Shown one piece after another: positions 30,793-42,800 of a stretch of 64,000 nt of DNA (position 1 is the stretch's first letter; the number at the start of each line of letters is the position of its first letter). The notes below the pieces were generated by a model that made no database searches, was not told the DNA's origin, and worked only from the letters and a program-made list of their open reading frames with translations. Origin of the DNA: Salpingoeca rosetta (Eukaryota; Protista; Choanoflagellata); assembly GCA_033442325.1 (NCBI GenBank), contig JAWQFM010000032.1:446112-510111 (forward strand). The letters are read 5' to 3'. The translations under genes and the position numbers were made by a program.

Positions 30793-33111
30793 ATGGCTTC
30801 CGGCCGGGGCAAATCGAAGAGGCCAGGGACAAACGTGGCAAGGCATATCACCAAACGAGAGCAGAGAGTGCGAGCGCAAGAGCGAATTCGACGCGAAAGC
30901 CAGCCACAACCACTGCTGCAGCCACCACAACAACAGCCACAACCGCAGCAACCACGACCACGGCAGCCACGCCCACAGCAACAGCCACAGCAGCCACGGC
31001 CACAGCCACAGCCACAGCAGCCACGGCAGCCACGGCAGCAACAGCAGCCACAGGAACGCCAACCGCCGTGGCCACGGCCATGGCCACAGCTGCAAGCGCA
31101 ACAGCCACAACCGCGGCAGCAACCACAACAGCCACAGCCACAACCACGGCTGCGAAGGCGTTCGCGCAGGCGCAGGCCACAGCAACAGCAACAACAACTC
31201 GAACAGGCACAACAGCCACCCGAGCAACAACAACCACAGCCGCAACAGCCACCTGAGCAACAACAACCAGAACAACCCGAACAGGCACAACAGCCACCTG
31301 AGCAACAACAGGAACAACAACCCCAACAAGCACAACAGCCACCCGAGCAACAGCAGGAACAACACAGCCCTTTGTTCTCGTCGACCGGCGATGAAGGACA
31401 GAGTGTTGAACTTGAACATGTTGCCGACTTTGACGGCAACAGCTTGGCTCAGGCTGCTCACCAGTATGTGCTGCAAGCTGCAAAGATCCGCCCTTTCGCC
31501 GGTCTACTGCAAGACCTCAAGCTCCTGCCCAACTTTCACGACTTGGAGGAGCTCGAGACCAGGCGGGTGGTGGACAGCGTTCAACGCATGCTGATTGAAG
31601 GCTATCCTGCCACCTGGTCCTCAACAGCAAGCAGCACAAGCGGGGTCGACAGCAGCGACAGCAGCGACACAGGCGACAGCAGCGACACGGGCAGCTCTGC
31701 CAGCACCAGCGCCAGTTCCACTGGCACCACCACGAGCGCCAAGAGCAGCAGTATCAACAGCAGCTCCAGTATCAAGGGCAAGAGGGAGCAGGGTCAGGAC
31801 AAGCTCAGCCGGGCTGCAGCCGCCAGCGAGCCCAAGGCTCCTCAACCCCGGCCAAACAAGAACAGCAGCGTCAAGCAGAGCGCCATCGAGCACGACGACG
31901 CTTCTCTAGCATCCGTTTGGAAGACCAGTGATGTTGGTGTGGATGCACAGGGCTCTGAGGGGTGGGACCAGGTCCATCGCGATGCTGTTGCCCTTCGTCA
32001 TGCCCAGGCCTCTGAGCATTCGAAGGACGCCAGCGCGGCAAGCGGAGGCTGTGCGGTGCTCACTGGCGGCTGGGAGCACGACGCCAACATGTTTTTCCGC
32101 ATCACCCAGGCCGCTCGCAAGGCGTTCCTGCTGCTGGAGCACACGGTGCGGGAACAGCATCAGCTGAAGGAGCAGATCAAGCAGCTCAAAGCCAAGGTTG
32201 ATCTGCTGGAGGCCAGCTCTCCAGCGTATGCGAAGGCACTTCGCAAGGTCAATGATGGGCCTGTCTCTCCCTCCGCGGAGCCGTACTACCCCTCGTCCTC
32301 CTCCGCTAGCGCAGCATACCCTTCGTCCGGCTTGGCCCCGTCTCAGCCATCTAGCGCAGATGCGTCTGCTGCTGCGGATGGCCAGCACTCCAGCGCGATG
32401 CCCGCATCTGCAATTGCTGATGAGCAGTACTACACTCTTGCTCATCACCAAAGCCATATGGTCGCTTCTGCCAACGTCTCACCCCAGAGGAACAACCATC
32501 CGGGCCAACCGCAGTACGTGACCGTGTTTGCCGTCCACAACGAGGTGCCCGCCATGCCGTCGCAAGTCAAAGGCCAGTACGCACAGCCGCGCGGCTACTG
32601 GCAGAGGGAGCACTCCGCCTCGTCCGGGCTTGGGGTGTTATACCAGGCACCCGCCATGCAACCCGCGCAGCCGTCACCACAAGCCACGTCTATGATGGTT
32701 CACCAAACCCAAGCAGCGCCATTTCCACTTCCAGGCACAGCGGCACCAACACACGCACATGGACCGCAGCTGCAGCTGCAGACGGTGGCCCCCCTCATCA
32801 CGGCGCACCATGCTCACTCTCACCGCAGCGGTGGCGGTGCAGACATGGGAAGCACCACCTCCAATCCTGGCCACGTGTTGCAGGAGCGGATTGCTCTGGC
32901 GAACCAGGCGTTGGCGCAGTCGCTTTCAGCCAGCGATACCACCGCGGCTGCCACTGCCGCCATCTCCTCGTCCTCGTCCTCTTCCTTGCCATCTTCTCGG
33001 CGGTCAGCTCAAAGTGACGAGTTGCTGTGGAGACGCAGTAACCCCTTCCATCAGCAGCAACAACAGCACCAGCAGCATCATCGTCGACACCTGCAGCAGC
33101 ATCGACACTAG
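30793..33111 (+). CDS. Intronless uncharacterised Q/P/S-rich protein with a predicted coiled coil (~772 aa)
   Basis: Uninterrupted 2.3 kb ORF from ATG 30793 (MASGRGKSKRPG) with GC-rich third codon positions. Imperfect EQAQQPPEQQQ repeats; heptad-like RKAFLLLEHTVREQHQLKEQIKQLKAKVDLLE. Confidence 0.75.
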   Translation: MASGRGKSKRPGTNVARHITKREQRVRAQERIRRESQPQPLLQPPQQQPQPQQPRPRQPRPQQQPQQPRPQPQPQQPRQPRQQQQPQERQPPWPRPWPQLQAQQPQPRQQPQQPQPQPRLRRRSRRRRPQQQQQQLEQAQQPPEQQQPQPQQPPEQQQPEQPEQAQQPPEQQQEQQPQQAQQPPEQQQEQHSPLFSSTGDEGQSVELEHVADFDGNSLAQAAHQYVLQAAKIRPFAGLLQDLKLLPNFHDLEELETRRVVDSVQRMLIEGYPATWSSTASSTSGVDSSDSSDTGDSSDTGSSASTSASSTGTTTSAKSSSINSSSSIKGKREQGQDKLSRAAAASEPKAPQPRPNKNSSVKQSAIEHDDASLASVWKTSDVGVDAQGSEGWDQVHRDAVALRHAQASEHSKDASAASGGCAVLTGGWEHDANMFFRITQAARKAFLLLEHTVREQHQLKEQIKQLKAKVDLLEASSPAYAKALRKVNDGPVSPSAEPYYPSSSSASAAYPSSGLAPSQPSSADASAAADGQHSSAMPASAIADEQYYTLAHHQSHMVASANVSPQRNNHPGQPQYVTVFAVHNEVPAMPSQVKGQYAQPRGYWQREHSASSGLGVLYQAPAMQPAQPSPQATSMMVHQTQAAPFPLPGTAAPTHAHGPQLQLQTVAPLITAHHAHSHRSGGGADMGSTTSNPGHVLQERIALANQALAQSLSASDTTAAATAAISSSSSSSLPSSRRSAQSDELLWRRSNPFHQQQQQHQQHHRRHLQQHRH

Positions 33112-33792
33112 AGCCAGCGTGACACGAGCTTTTGCTGCGCTCCTGTTTCACGTGTTCTCTTCAGGTGTTCTCTTCAGTTGAAGAAGATGATCTGTCTGTC
33201 TTCGTGCTGGTGTGCTGTGTGCTGTTTGTCTGTGGGGTCCTCTCTCTGATTTCTGAATGCAGGAGTGAGTGCCGTGAAGGAATGCTGGAATGAAGTGATT
33301 TGTTGCTTTGTTGCTTTGTTTTTTTGTCTTCCTCCCTCCATTTCAGATTTCAGCGTTCTCATCTGTCCGTCTGTCCGTCTGTCCTGTCAGTCTCCTAGTC
33401 TCAGTGTTGTGCCTCAGCCTCCCCCGTCTTGCTTGTACTTCGGCACGTTCGTGCCTTGGATGGTGTACGCTCAAAGGCTCACTTCAGCACTCCAGGTGTT
33501 GCTGACTGACTTGTTGCCTTGTCCTCTGCGCTACTTCATGTCAGTGATCTTGGGGGGGGGGGGGTTGTATGGTCTGGTGTGGCGTTGTTGCTTTGGTCCT
33601 TTCGTGCAATTTGTTTCGCCAAAACACAACAAAGCAAAGCGTAACTCCCTGCCACCAACAAACACGTGACAACCATCCATCCACGTCGTCGACGTCGTCC
33701 ACGTCCAGTCCACGACTCCTGTAGCAGTGCAGCAACCAACACACACACACACACATACGCACACAGCTGCACGCCCAGCGATCATCGCAACC

Positions 33793-33842
33793 ATGAGCTC
33801 CACGTCAAACGTGCGATGCAGATACTTTGTGCACGGGTAAGC

Positions 33843-33896
<54 letters not shown>

Positions 33897-34794
33897 CTGC
33901 CCGCTTGTGTGTGACTGCCCGCTTGTGTGTGACTGCCCGCTTGTGTGTGACTGCCCGCTTGTGTGTATGTGCGTGTGTGTGACTGCCCGCTTGTGTACCC
34001 GCTTGTTTGTTTGACCCTGTAGCTCAGCTTGCCTTTTGCGATTTGGTGGTTTGTCGCGATCCTGTTAGGGCATGCACACGAGGCGAACAGTGCCCCTTCT
34101 CGCACGACATGGCCGCAAAGCCAGACAACACATGCAAGTTCTACCTCGCCGGCTCCTGCCACTACGGTGACAGGTGTCGCTACGACCATGTCCGCCCGAA
34201 GAAGAAGACAGCGTCACAGTCCAAGAGCAGTGCCGCTGCTGCTAAACGGCAACGCCAGCAGCCCGCCACAGCAAACAGTCGTTCGCAACAGAGCAGAACG
34301 AAGCAATCACAACAACAACAGCAACAACGGTCAGCAAAGGCCACATCACAGGCCACAGCCCCACCTCCATCCTCGTCTCCATCTTCTGCAACAACGAAAC
34401 CAACGAAACCAAAGACAAAGGGGGCCACAAAGACAAAGACAAAGGCAGCGTCAAAGGGGAACGCATGGAGACCTGCGCCGGCTGCAAGTGCAACCACCAA
34501 GGCGTCCCAAGCAACACCAGCAACAACAGCAACAACAACAACAACAGCAGCAACAGCAACTACAGCGCCCACAACAGCGATACAGCCACCACCAGCGCAG
34601 ATGCTGGCACAGATGTCGGCAGATGCGCCCGAGTTTGTGCCCAGCTCATTCATGCCACCACCCACGATGAACGCACCCACGACGCCCACGCCCTTGCTGA
34701 CCCTCACTTCACAAGCCCCAGAGTTCCACCCAACTGAGCAGCAGCAGCACCAGCAGCAGCAGCGACAACATTCGGCAGTGCCAGGCGTGGCAAC

Positions 34795-34828
<34 letters not shown>

Positions 34829-37717
34829 AGGTCGGGCAAGCTGGGGCAGTTGCCACCGAGCGTGCTGTCGCCCACAGTACCGCCCGACAAGGCACGCCGC
34901 ATCAACGCGGACTGGCGCACAAAGGAGCTCAGCTCCACCACAATCAGGGATGCGCAGGGGAAGGTGGTGAGTGTGGCCAAGCCGCGCAAGCACAAGGCAG
35001 CGCCCCCACACGTGCCCGTCACCGCCGTTGCTGGGCAGGAGCCAGGCAAGCTCTTTATCGTGGTGAAGAAGAAGGCAGCGCGCAAGGCCAAGGCACAGCA
35101 GCAGGAGCAGGAAGAGGGTGATGCCAGCGGCAGTGCTGGAGATGGTTATGAGCAGCACGACCAGCCGTCCCTCGCGTGGGTCAAAGCGCCCGCAGGTGTC
35201 GACTACCAGCAGCACCAGTACATGCCCGCATACCCAACACAACGTGCGTTGTGTGTTCTGCCTCGTGTGTGTGTGTGTGTGTGTGTGTGCGTGTGTGTGT
35301 GTATGTGTGTGTGTGTGTGCGTGTGTGTGTGTGTATGTGTGTGTGTGCGTGTGCATGTTGCATGCGTTCGTTGTACACTCCAGCCTGTGCCGTCCAACGT
35401 AACCCCATCATCATGGCAACTGCTCTGCTCATCATGACCACTCCCCCACCATCACCATCACCACCACCATCACCACCAGCGGTCAACTATGCCCACGCCG
35501 CCCGCGCAGCGCTTGAAGGCGACGAGGCCCTCGAGGCAGTGAGTTCTCCTGGCGTGTGCTGTGTCGTGTGTGTCGTGTGTGCGTATGTATGTGTGTGTAC
35601 TTGCATGTGTGAAAACTTGTATCTGTGTGCGTGTTGCGTGTTGCGTGTTGCGTGCTTGTGTGTGCGTTGTTTTCACGCGCAAGCTGAGCTTGCACTCTAC
35701 CACCACCACCACTACGACTCACTTCTCGACCCCACCCTCTCCATTGCCTGCTGCTGCTCAGGCGCCGCTGTGTCCTGCTGGCGTTGCGACCGGCGACTGC
35801 CTGGACGAGGAGTGTGCATATCTGCACGGGATTGAGTGCCCCGTGTGCCACCTGCTGGTGCTGCACCCGTATCGCCCCGAGGAGCACGACGCCCATGTCG
35901 ACGCGTGCGCTCGCAAGCAGGAGCAGGAGAAGAGGGTGTGTGAGTGTGTATGTATGCATGTGAGTGTGAGTGTGAGTGTGAGTGTGAGTGTGAGTGTGAG
36001 TGAGTGAGTGTGTGTGTGTGTGTGTGTGAGTGCGTGCGTGAGTGCACATGTGTGTATGTGCGTGCGTGCATGTGTGTGAGTGTCCCTTCTCTCTCGTGGT
36101 ACGAGTGCTCATCCCATGTTCCCCACACCCACCCCACCCCTCACAACACGACACAACACGGCATGGCAGCGGCGGGCGAAAGTGAAGGAGAGCAAGGGCG
36201 TGGAGTGCTGCATTTGCCTTGAAGAAGTCCTCGCAAAACGCGTCCCCTCTGACAGAAAGTGTGTTCACACTTGTGTGTATGTATGTATGTGTATGTGTGT
36301 GTGTGTGTGCTTATGGAGTATCCTTTTGGTGTGCTATTGTTGCGAGCCAATTCTTCCAACCTCGCCCTTCCATTGCTGTCCTGATTGCACGTGACCGCAC
36401 TGCAACCCATCACCCGCTCTTGCCTCACCACGACCATCATCACCACCACCGCCATCACCACGACGACGATAGGTTTGGCATCCTTCCCAACTGCAAGCAC
36501 GCGTTTTGCCTGCGCTGCATTCGAAAGTGGCGGCAGCATTCGGAGCAAGGCACCATTGTCCGCCAGTGCCCAATCTGCCGCGAGCGCTCCTTCTTCGTCG
36601 TCCCAAGCAGGTGTGTGTGTGTGTGTGTTTATTTACGTTGGGCACGTATGTGTGTGTGTTTGTTTGTGTTTGTGGCGTGTGTTTGTGCGCGGCTTTGTGC
36701 ATGTGTGCATGTGTGCATGTGTGCATGTGTGTGCGTTTTCATTGGTGTGGGTTTGTGTGCAAGTTGCATGTGTGTGCATGTGCTTCTCACACACGATTGT
36801 TTGCTTGGTGGCAACAGCTTCTTTGTGACAGACGATGCAGAAAAGGCAGCCCTCATCGAAGAATACAGGTGTGGATACGCGAGCGTGTGCGTGTGTGTGT
36901 GCGTATGCGTATGTGTATGTGTGCGTATGTGCATGTGTGTGAGTGTGCGTGAATGTGCATATGTGCGGACGTGAGTGCATATGTGTGGACCCTCTTCTAA
37001 ATCTCTTCTGTCACACCGTGCGTGTTCGTTCACGTGCACGTGCACGCACTCTTCTCAACCCGCCATCATTGCCGCCACCACCTCTGCAACTACTGTTGTT
37101 CGTGTCGTGCTGTGTGCAGGGAGCGCCTGTCCAAGCTCGATTGCAAACACTTTGACTTTGGTCGTGGGGACTGTCCCTTTGGCGACTTTTGCTTCTACCG
37201 CCACGTGACCAGGGTGCGCATTGAGAGAGAAAGTGTGTGTGTGTATGTGTGTTTGTGTCGACGTGCGTGTTTGTGTGCGTCCTTTTGCGTGTTTCTGAGC
37301 GTGTGTTTCTGGGTCGATCTGTTTGTGTCTCTTTTGCACACACAGACACAGACACACACACAGACACAGACACACACACAGACACACGCACACACACACA
37401 CAGACACACGCACACGCACGTGCGCGCGCGCACACACACACACACACATGTACACACTTCTTTGTCTCCCCACCACCATTTCAAGTCCTCTCTCCCACGT
37501 TGCTCACCATGTGCCCACAACCCTTCTGTCCCTGTGCCCCAATACACTGCGCTCGTAGGAGGGTGAGGCTGCGGTGAGCGGGAAGCCACGGTACATCACG
37601 TCGGCTTCTGGGCGGGCGACGCGATTGCAGAAGGTGCGCCTGAGCGATTTCTTGCAGTTCAGGGAGGATATGGCGCAGCAGATGGAAGAGGACAACGACG
37701 TGGACGTCGGCATCTGA
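33793..37717 (+). CDS. MKRN: Makorin RING-finger E3 ubiquitin ligase (C3H zinc fingers + RING)
   Basis: CRYFVHG|[78 protein letters not shown]...[21 protein letters not shown]...CPICR, and C-terminal [21 protein letters not shown]. Confidence 0.96.
33889..34004 (+). repeat. 18-bp minisatellite GTGTGTGACTGCCCGCTT (about 5 copies) in makorin intron 1
   Basis: Four tandem exact copies plus one displaced and one partial copy. Confidence 0.9.
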
Positions 37718-37742
37718 GCACCTCGTTTGTGTGTGTGTGTGG

Positions 37743-37774
<32 letters not shown>

Positions 37775-38455
37775 TTGTTTGTGTGTCTGTGTGCGGGTGT
37801 GTGTGTGTGTTTTTGTGTGTTTGTGTGCACGCGTTCAGTGTTGGGGCCTTTTGTGGCTGTGTTCTTTGGCACTGCGTTGATGTGGTGATGTGACATGCCC
37901 CCTCAGTATGTTGTCGTGAATGAACCATCAACGTAAGCAAAGGGCCAACGCAGTCAGTGACATGAACACGACCAGTGAACAACCTCCTCTCACGCGCACG
38001 AACACAACCTCAACTCGTGCACACGCACAACAACAAGAAACACCAGCAGTTCGTTTAATTTTCCCAACCCTTCTACAGGATTCGATGCAATTTTAATGGG
38101 CGACCTGACTGACAAAACCCAACAGCCCGTTGTTGTCGGTTGCCACCACCACCAAACAACACCACACAGATCAAACCTCACCACCACCACCACCGCCACG
38201 AGAGGAGAAGCAGTAGCCCATATCGTCCCGCCAAACGCAAACAAGGTACCATGTGTGTGCATGTGTGTGTGCATGTGTGTGTGTGCATGTGTATGTGTGT
38301 ATGTGTATGTGTGTATGTGTATGTGTGTTGAAGGTACCGGATGCAAGTAGTGTTGCATCTCACCTCATCTCATCTTTCTACTTCTCTCACCCCATCTCAC
38401 CTCATCTCATCATCTTTCATCTTCGCTCACTCGCGCGACATGCGTTGCAGACGGC

Positions 38456-38618
38456 ATGACGACGCGTGGGCCATCGGCGAAGACGGTTCGCCAAGGCAGC
38501 GCCCGTCGCCGTGCACCACCACCACCACCACCACAGCCAACAACCATCCCGTCGTCCTCGTTCTCAACAACGGCGCCAAGCGGGGTCATCGGCCAAGCAA
38601 GTGCGTCACTGCGTTAGG

Positions 38619-38681
<63 letters not shown>

Positions 38682-39128
38682 TGTGTGTGTGTGTGTGTGT
38701 GAGAGACAAAGAGAGAGACAAAGAGAGAGACAGAGAGAGAGAGAGAGCGAGAGAGAGAGAGAGGAAGGTGCATGGAGTTGGTGGCAGACACCGCTTGCTC
38801 GGTTTCCAGGACGGGAGCGCACTTACTGTGACGGCGGATTTGTCACGCATCCCTTGTCTCGTGATGCGGGCGGTGCGGGCGATCTGCAATACAATGCTCA
38901 CATATCATGGCATTTGTGTGTGTGTGTGTGTGTTTGTGTGGTTGTGTCGTTATGTGGGGTTGTGTGGGCTTGTGTGTGAATACGTCTCCCTTTGCTCGCG
39001 GTCATGCTGTGTGTGTGCAGTGGACCCACTCAACTACAACCCGCTTGAGGACAAGTATCTCTCTGGCTTCCTCAGCCGTCCACACATGATCAAGCACCTC
39101 CAAAAGGCCGGCCTCATCACCAAAGATG

Positions 39129-39192
<64 letters not shown>

Positions 39193-39767
39193 CGTTAATG
39201 GGACACAGCGGCGAATGCAGCCCCACTCGTTGAAGGTCCGTGCCTCATTGATGCCTGTGGCCCCTTCTTGCAGGCATGGTGCGTACGGAGCGGGAGGTGA
39301 AGAACCTGTGGCTGCAGCGGGAGCGTAGCCGCGATGGTGATGACACAACACGGCCCCATCACCGCAGCCACCGCCATCCCCGCGGCCATCGCCACGTCTC
39401 ACACCGATCAGCGTAAGCGTATGTGCGTGTGTGCGTGAGTGCGTGCGTGCGTGCGTGCGTGTGCGTGTGCGTGTGCGTGTGCGTGCGTGCGTGAATACAT
39501 GCCGTAGATGTGCACACAATCATGTGCCTGCCTTCGATTTGAAACAGCGCAAGTCTTGACCACACCGCACCACCTCACAACACCGCATCACATCATGTCA
39601 CCTCACACTGCGCTGTGCAGATCGCTGGCCAGTCCGACGCGCGGCCGGCTCGACAGCGACATCTCCACAGCATCGAGGTACCCATGCTCCCCGTGTTTGA
39701 CTGGGGGGTTGTTTTCTGCAGTCATTGTCATCCCCTTCTCATATCACCTCACACACACACACACAGA

Positions 39768-39817
<50 letters not shown>

Positions 39818-42800
39818 CACACACACACACTCACACACACACACACACATGTACACCTCCCACCAACACAGCGCGTTTACGAGCCGCTCCCCGTCTCCGA
39901 GCAATGCAAGCGCAATGACAGATGCGAGCGAGGCTGTACACCCGCGCATCATCAAGTCCTCCACGCTGCCCGTCGACAGCGAGGGCCATTACCGTGGCTC
40001 GCGCGGCAGCCAGAGCGACACGCTGTCCTCTTCGTTCACCAATGACGACGACGACGACGACCATGTGGATTACAATGATGATGGTGATGGCCACTACGAC
40101 GGTCGTGATGGTGCCAGCGATTATGAACACGGCACCAGCAGCCGCCACCACCTGTCCACCAGCGATTCCCACCATCACCACCAGCAGCAGCGGCAGCGGC
40201 AGCAGCGTGATGACGGCAAGGTGTGTGCCAACAACACCAGCACGAGGTCGCTGCGTCGTGGCGGCGTGCGTCCGCTGTCTGACCGCCCGCGAAGCGCTGC
40301 AACGCGTGGAGCCGTCGCCACCACAACACGCGCCACCCGCCCAAAGTCATACCACCACCACCATCAGGAGCGTCAGCAGGAGCGTCGTCATCTTCAGTTT
40401 CAGCGTGACCACCGCATGCGTCCGCGTATGGGCCATGGCGTGGCGCATCCAGCGCCGCCACCGCCACCATCAACAGCTGCATCGGCGCACCACCGCCTGC
40501 ATGAGTCACGTGGGCGCCGCCGCTTGCCGCCGAGTCCCTCCTCCCATCGTCGCCGCCTGCCTGCAGGCAACGCCATGTTCCGCAACACCACCAGCAGCGC
40601 CAGCAATGGCGGCAGTGCTGTTGGGCGGTCGAGAGGGCGTGTTGTTAGCGCACGTGGAGGGGCTTCCTCATCCATTTCCGCGCCAACACCACGCCTCGCC
40701 GCCACACAGTCATCCATGTCCGTCGCACGACGTACGTACACGCGCATGCTTGTGTATGTTTGTGTTTGTTTGTGTGTGTATGTTTGTGGATATGACTGTT
40801 AGTATACTTATGTGTGTGTGCGCGCGTGTGTGTTTGTGCATGTTTTTTTTTGTGTGTTTGTGTTTGTATGTGAGTTTGTGTTTGCGCCATACTTAGTTAT
40901 TTACATGGTCAGAGCTGACTTGTCTGTTGCATTCTTAATCGCACTTGTTCGCTTCATCGTCCTCATGTTTTGTTGCACCGCCACCATGCCACCACGACAA
41001 ATCAACGAACCATCACTCAAAACCCCTCTCCCCACCCCCTTCTTCAACAACATCATCATCACCACCAGGCGAGCAAGTGCAGACGTCGGCTGTGCTGAGT
41101 AGCAGCCGCTCCCTGGCTGCCGGCCTGCGCACAACAGCCGGCGACCTCACTCGTCGATACAAGCAGCAGCAGCCAGCCACCATGACGTTCCAGTTTCTTG
41201 GCGCGCGCCAGCTGGGTCGCGATATGCTTGCAGGCATGGCCACCGTGCATGGCGTCAACGCCCAGGCGCCAGTGCAGCTGGTTGTCAAGCAGCAAGTGGC
41301 TGCGTCGTCCGTGGTGGTCCTGCGCCAGCACATTTTGCCAAATGAAACGTTTAGCATTCAGTCGCGCCGCAAGCCATCCCAGGGCCTGGGCCTGGTGTTC
41401 ATTGCCAACGGCGTCACGCTCGCACGCCTCTCCTGCTGCTGTGAATACAAGCACGCGCCAGGTGTGTTTGCTTGCTTGCTTTTGTTTGTGTGCTTGTGTT
41501 GCTTTGTGTGCGTGTGCTTGTTTGTGTTTGTGTTGCTTTGTTTATTTGTGTTTGTGCGTGTGTGTGTGTTTGTGCGTGTTTGCAGAGCAGACCTTCCCCA
41601 CATACGGTGATCTGACTGTGTCTCACAACTGCACATGTCCATGAAACGCCACCTCCTGTCCCCAACCTCTTTTTATATGACCCTTTTCCTGTTTCCCGCG
41701 GGTGGCAGGCACGTATGTGTGCCAGAAGTCGAGTGGGCTGCGGCTACTGCACGTGACAGGCGGCGGACCGTGCCTCCGGTGCCGCGTGGACGCGTTCATT
41801 GCCAACGAGGACCACAAGTCCCACGTCAACAAGCAGAAGCAGGTGCGGTGTAGTCGTGATGCATGCTGCGCAGTCGTGGTGGATTGGTGGCAGTCCGTGA
41901 AGTGCGAACGCACATGAGATTGATGTGTGCAGTGTTCTGAGGTCGTTTGGCACATACATGTGCCTAAATCACATCCACGCACACAGACACACCCACACCC
42001 ACACACACGCACACGCACACAGACACCCAGACACACATAACCCCACATGAGCATCATGTACCTTCTCGTTCACTCACACATGCACTCACACACATGCATG
42101 TTTATGATCACGTTTGCTTGCAAGCAGGAGCGCAGCACGGTGTCGACTGTTGCTGCAGAGGCGGAGGACATGGCAGCGCTGATGGACGCAACGCCCCAGC
42201 CCACGGGCGCAACGGATGATGAGGATGATCACCATGGTCGTGATGGTGATGGTGATGGTGATGGAAAGGAGGGAGAGGCAGACGGTGAAGAGGACAAGCA
42301 GCAACAGGCGGGTGCTGCTGGCGATGGTGAGCATGGCGATGACTACGATAGTAGCAGCTGGGACAGTGCAAGCGACGCAGACGATGATGAAGCCGACCGG
42401 GATGACGGTGATGATGCGGCCGCTCGAGCTGACAACACAACGCCAACGCCAGGTGAGCGTGTGTGCTTGTGTTTCGTTGTAACATCTCATGTTGTTGTTG
42501 TTGTTGTTGTTGTTGTTGGCTTGTAGCCGTCTGACATTGCTTATTCGCAATGTACGTCGCAACTCATCCTCACAATTTGTCTCAATCGGGTTTTCACGAC
42601 ATCCTCACAACTACCCTCACCACCACCACTACCACCATCATCACAACTGCCATCACCACCACCACCACCACTACCATCACTGCCGTCAGCCTCTGAGCTG
42701 CTGCAGGACGTGTGGGTGAGCGGTGGCCGCGTGCACTCTGCCCCGTCCAAGGACGTGCAAGCAGCTGTTGCCACCACAAAGCCCGATGCTGCTGATGCTG

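Noticed and set aside
30699-31439. Cys/Gly-rich metallothionein- or keratin-associated-like ORF on the minus strand
   Set aside because: Antisense reading of the CAG/CCA-rich Q/P repeat in the plus-strand gene.
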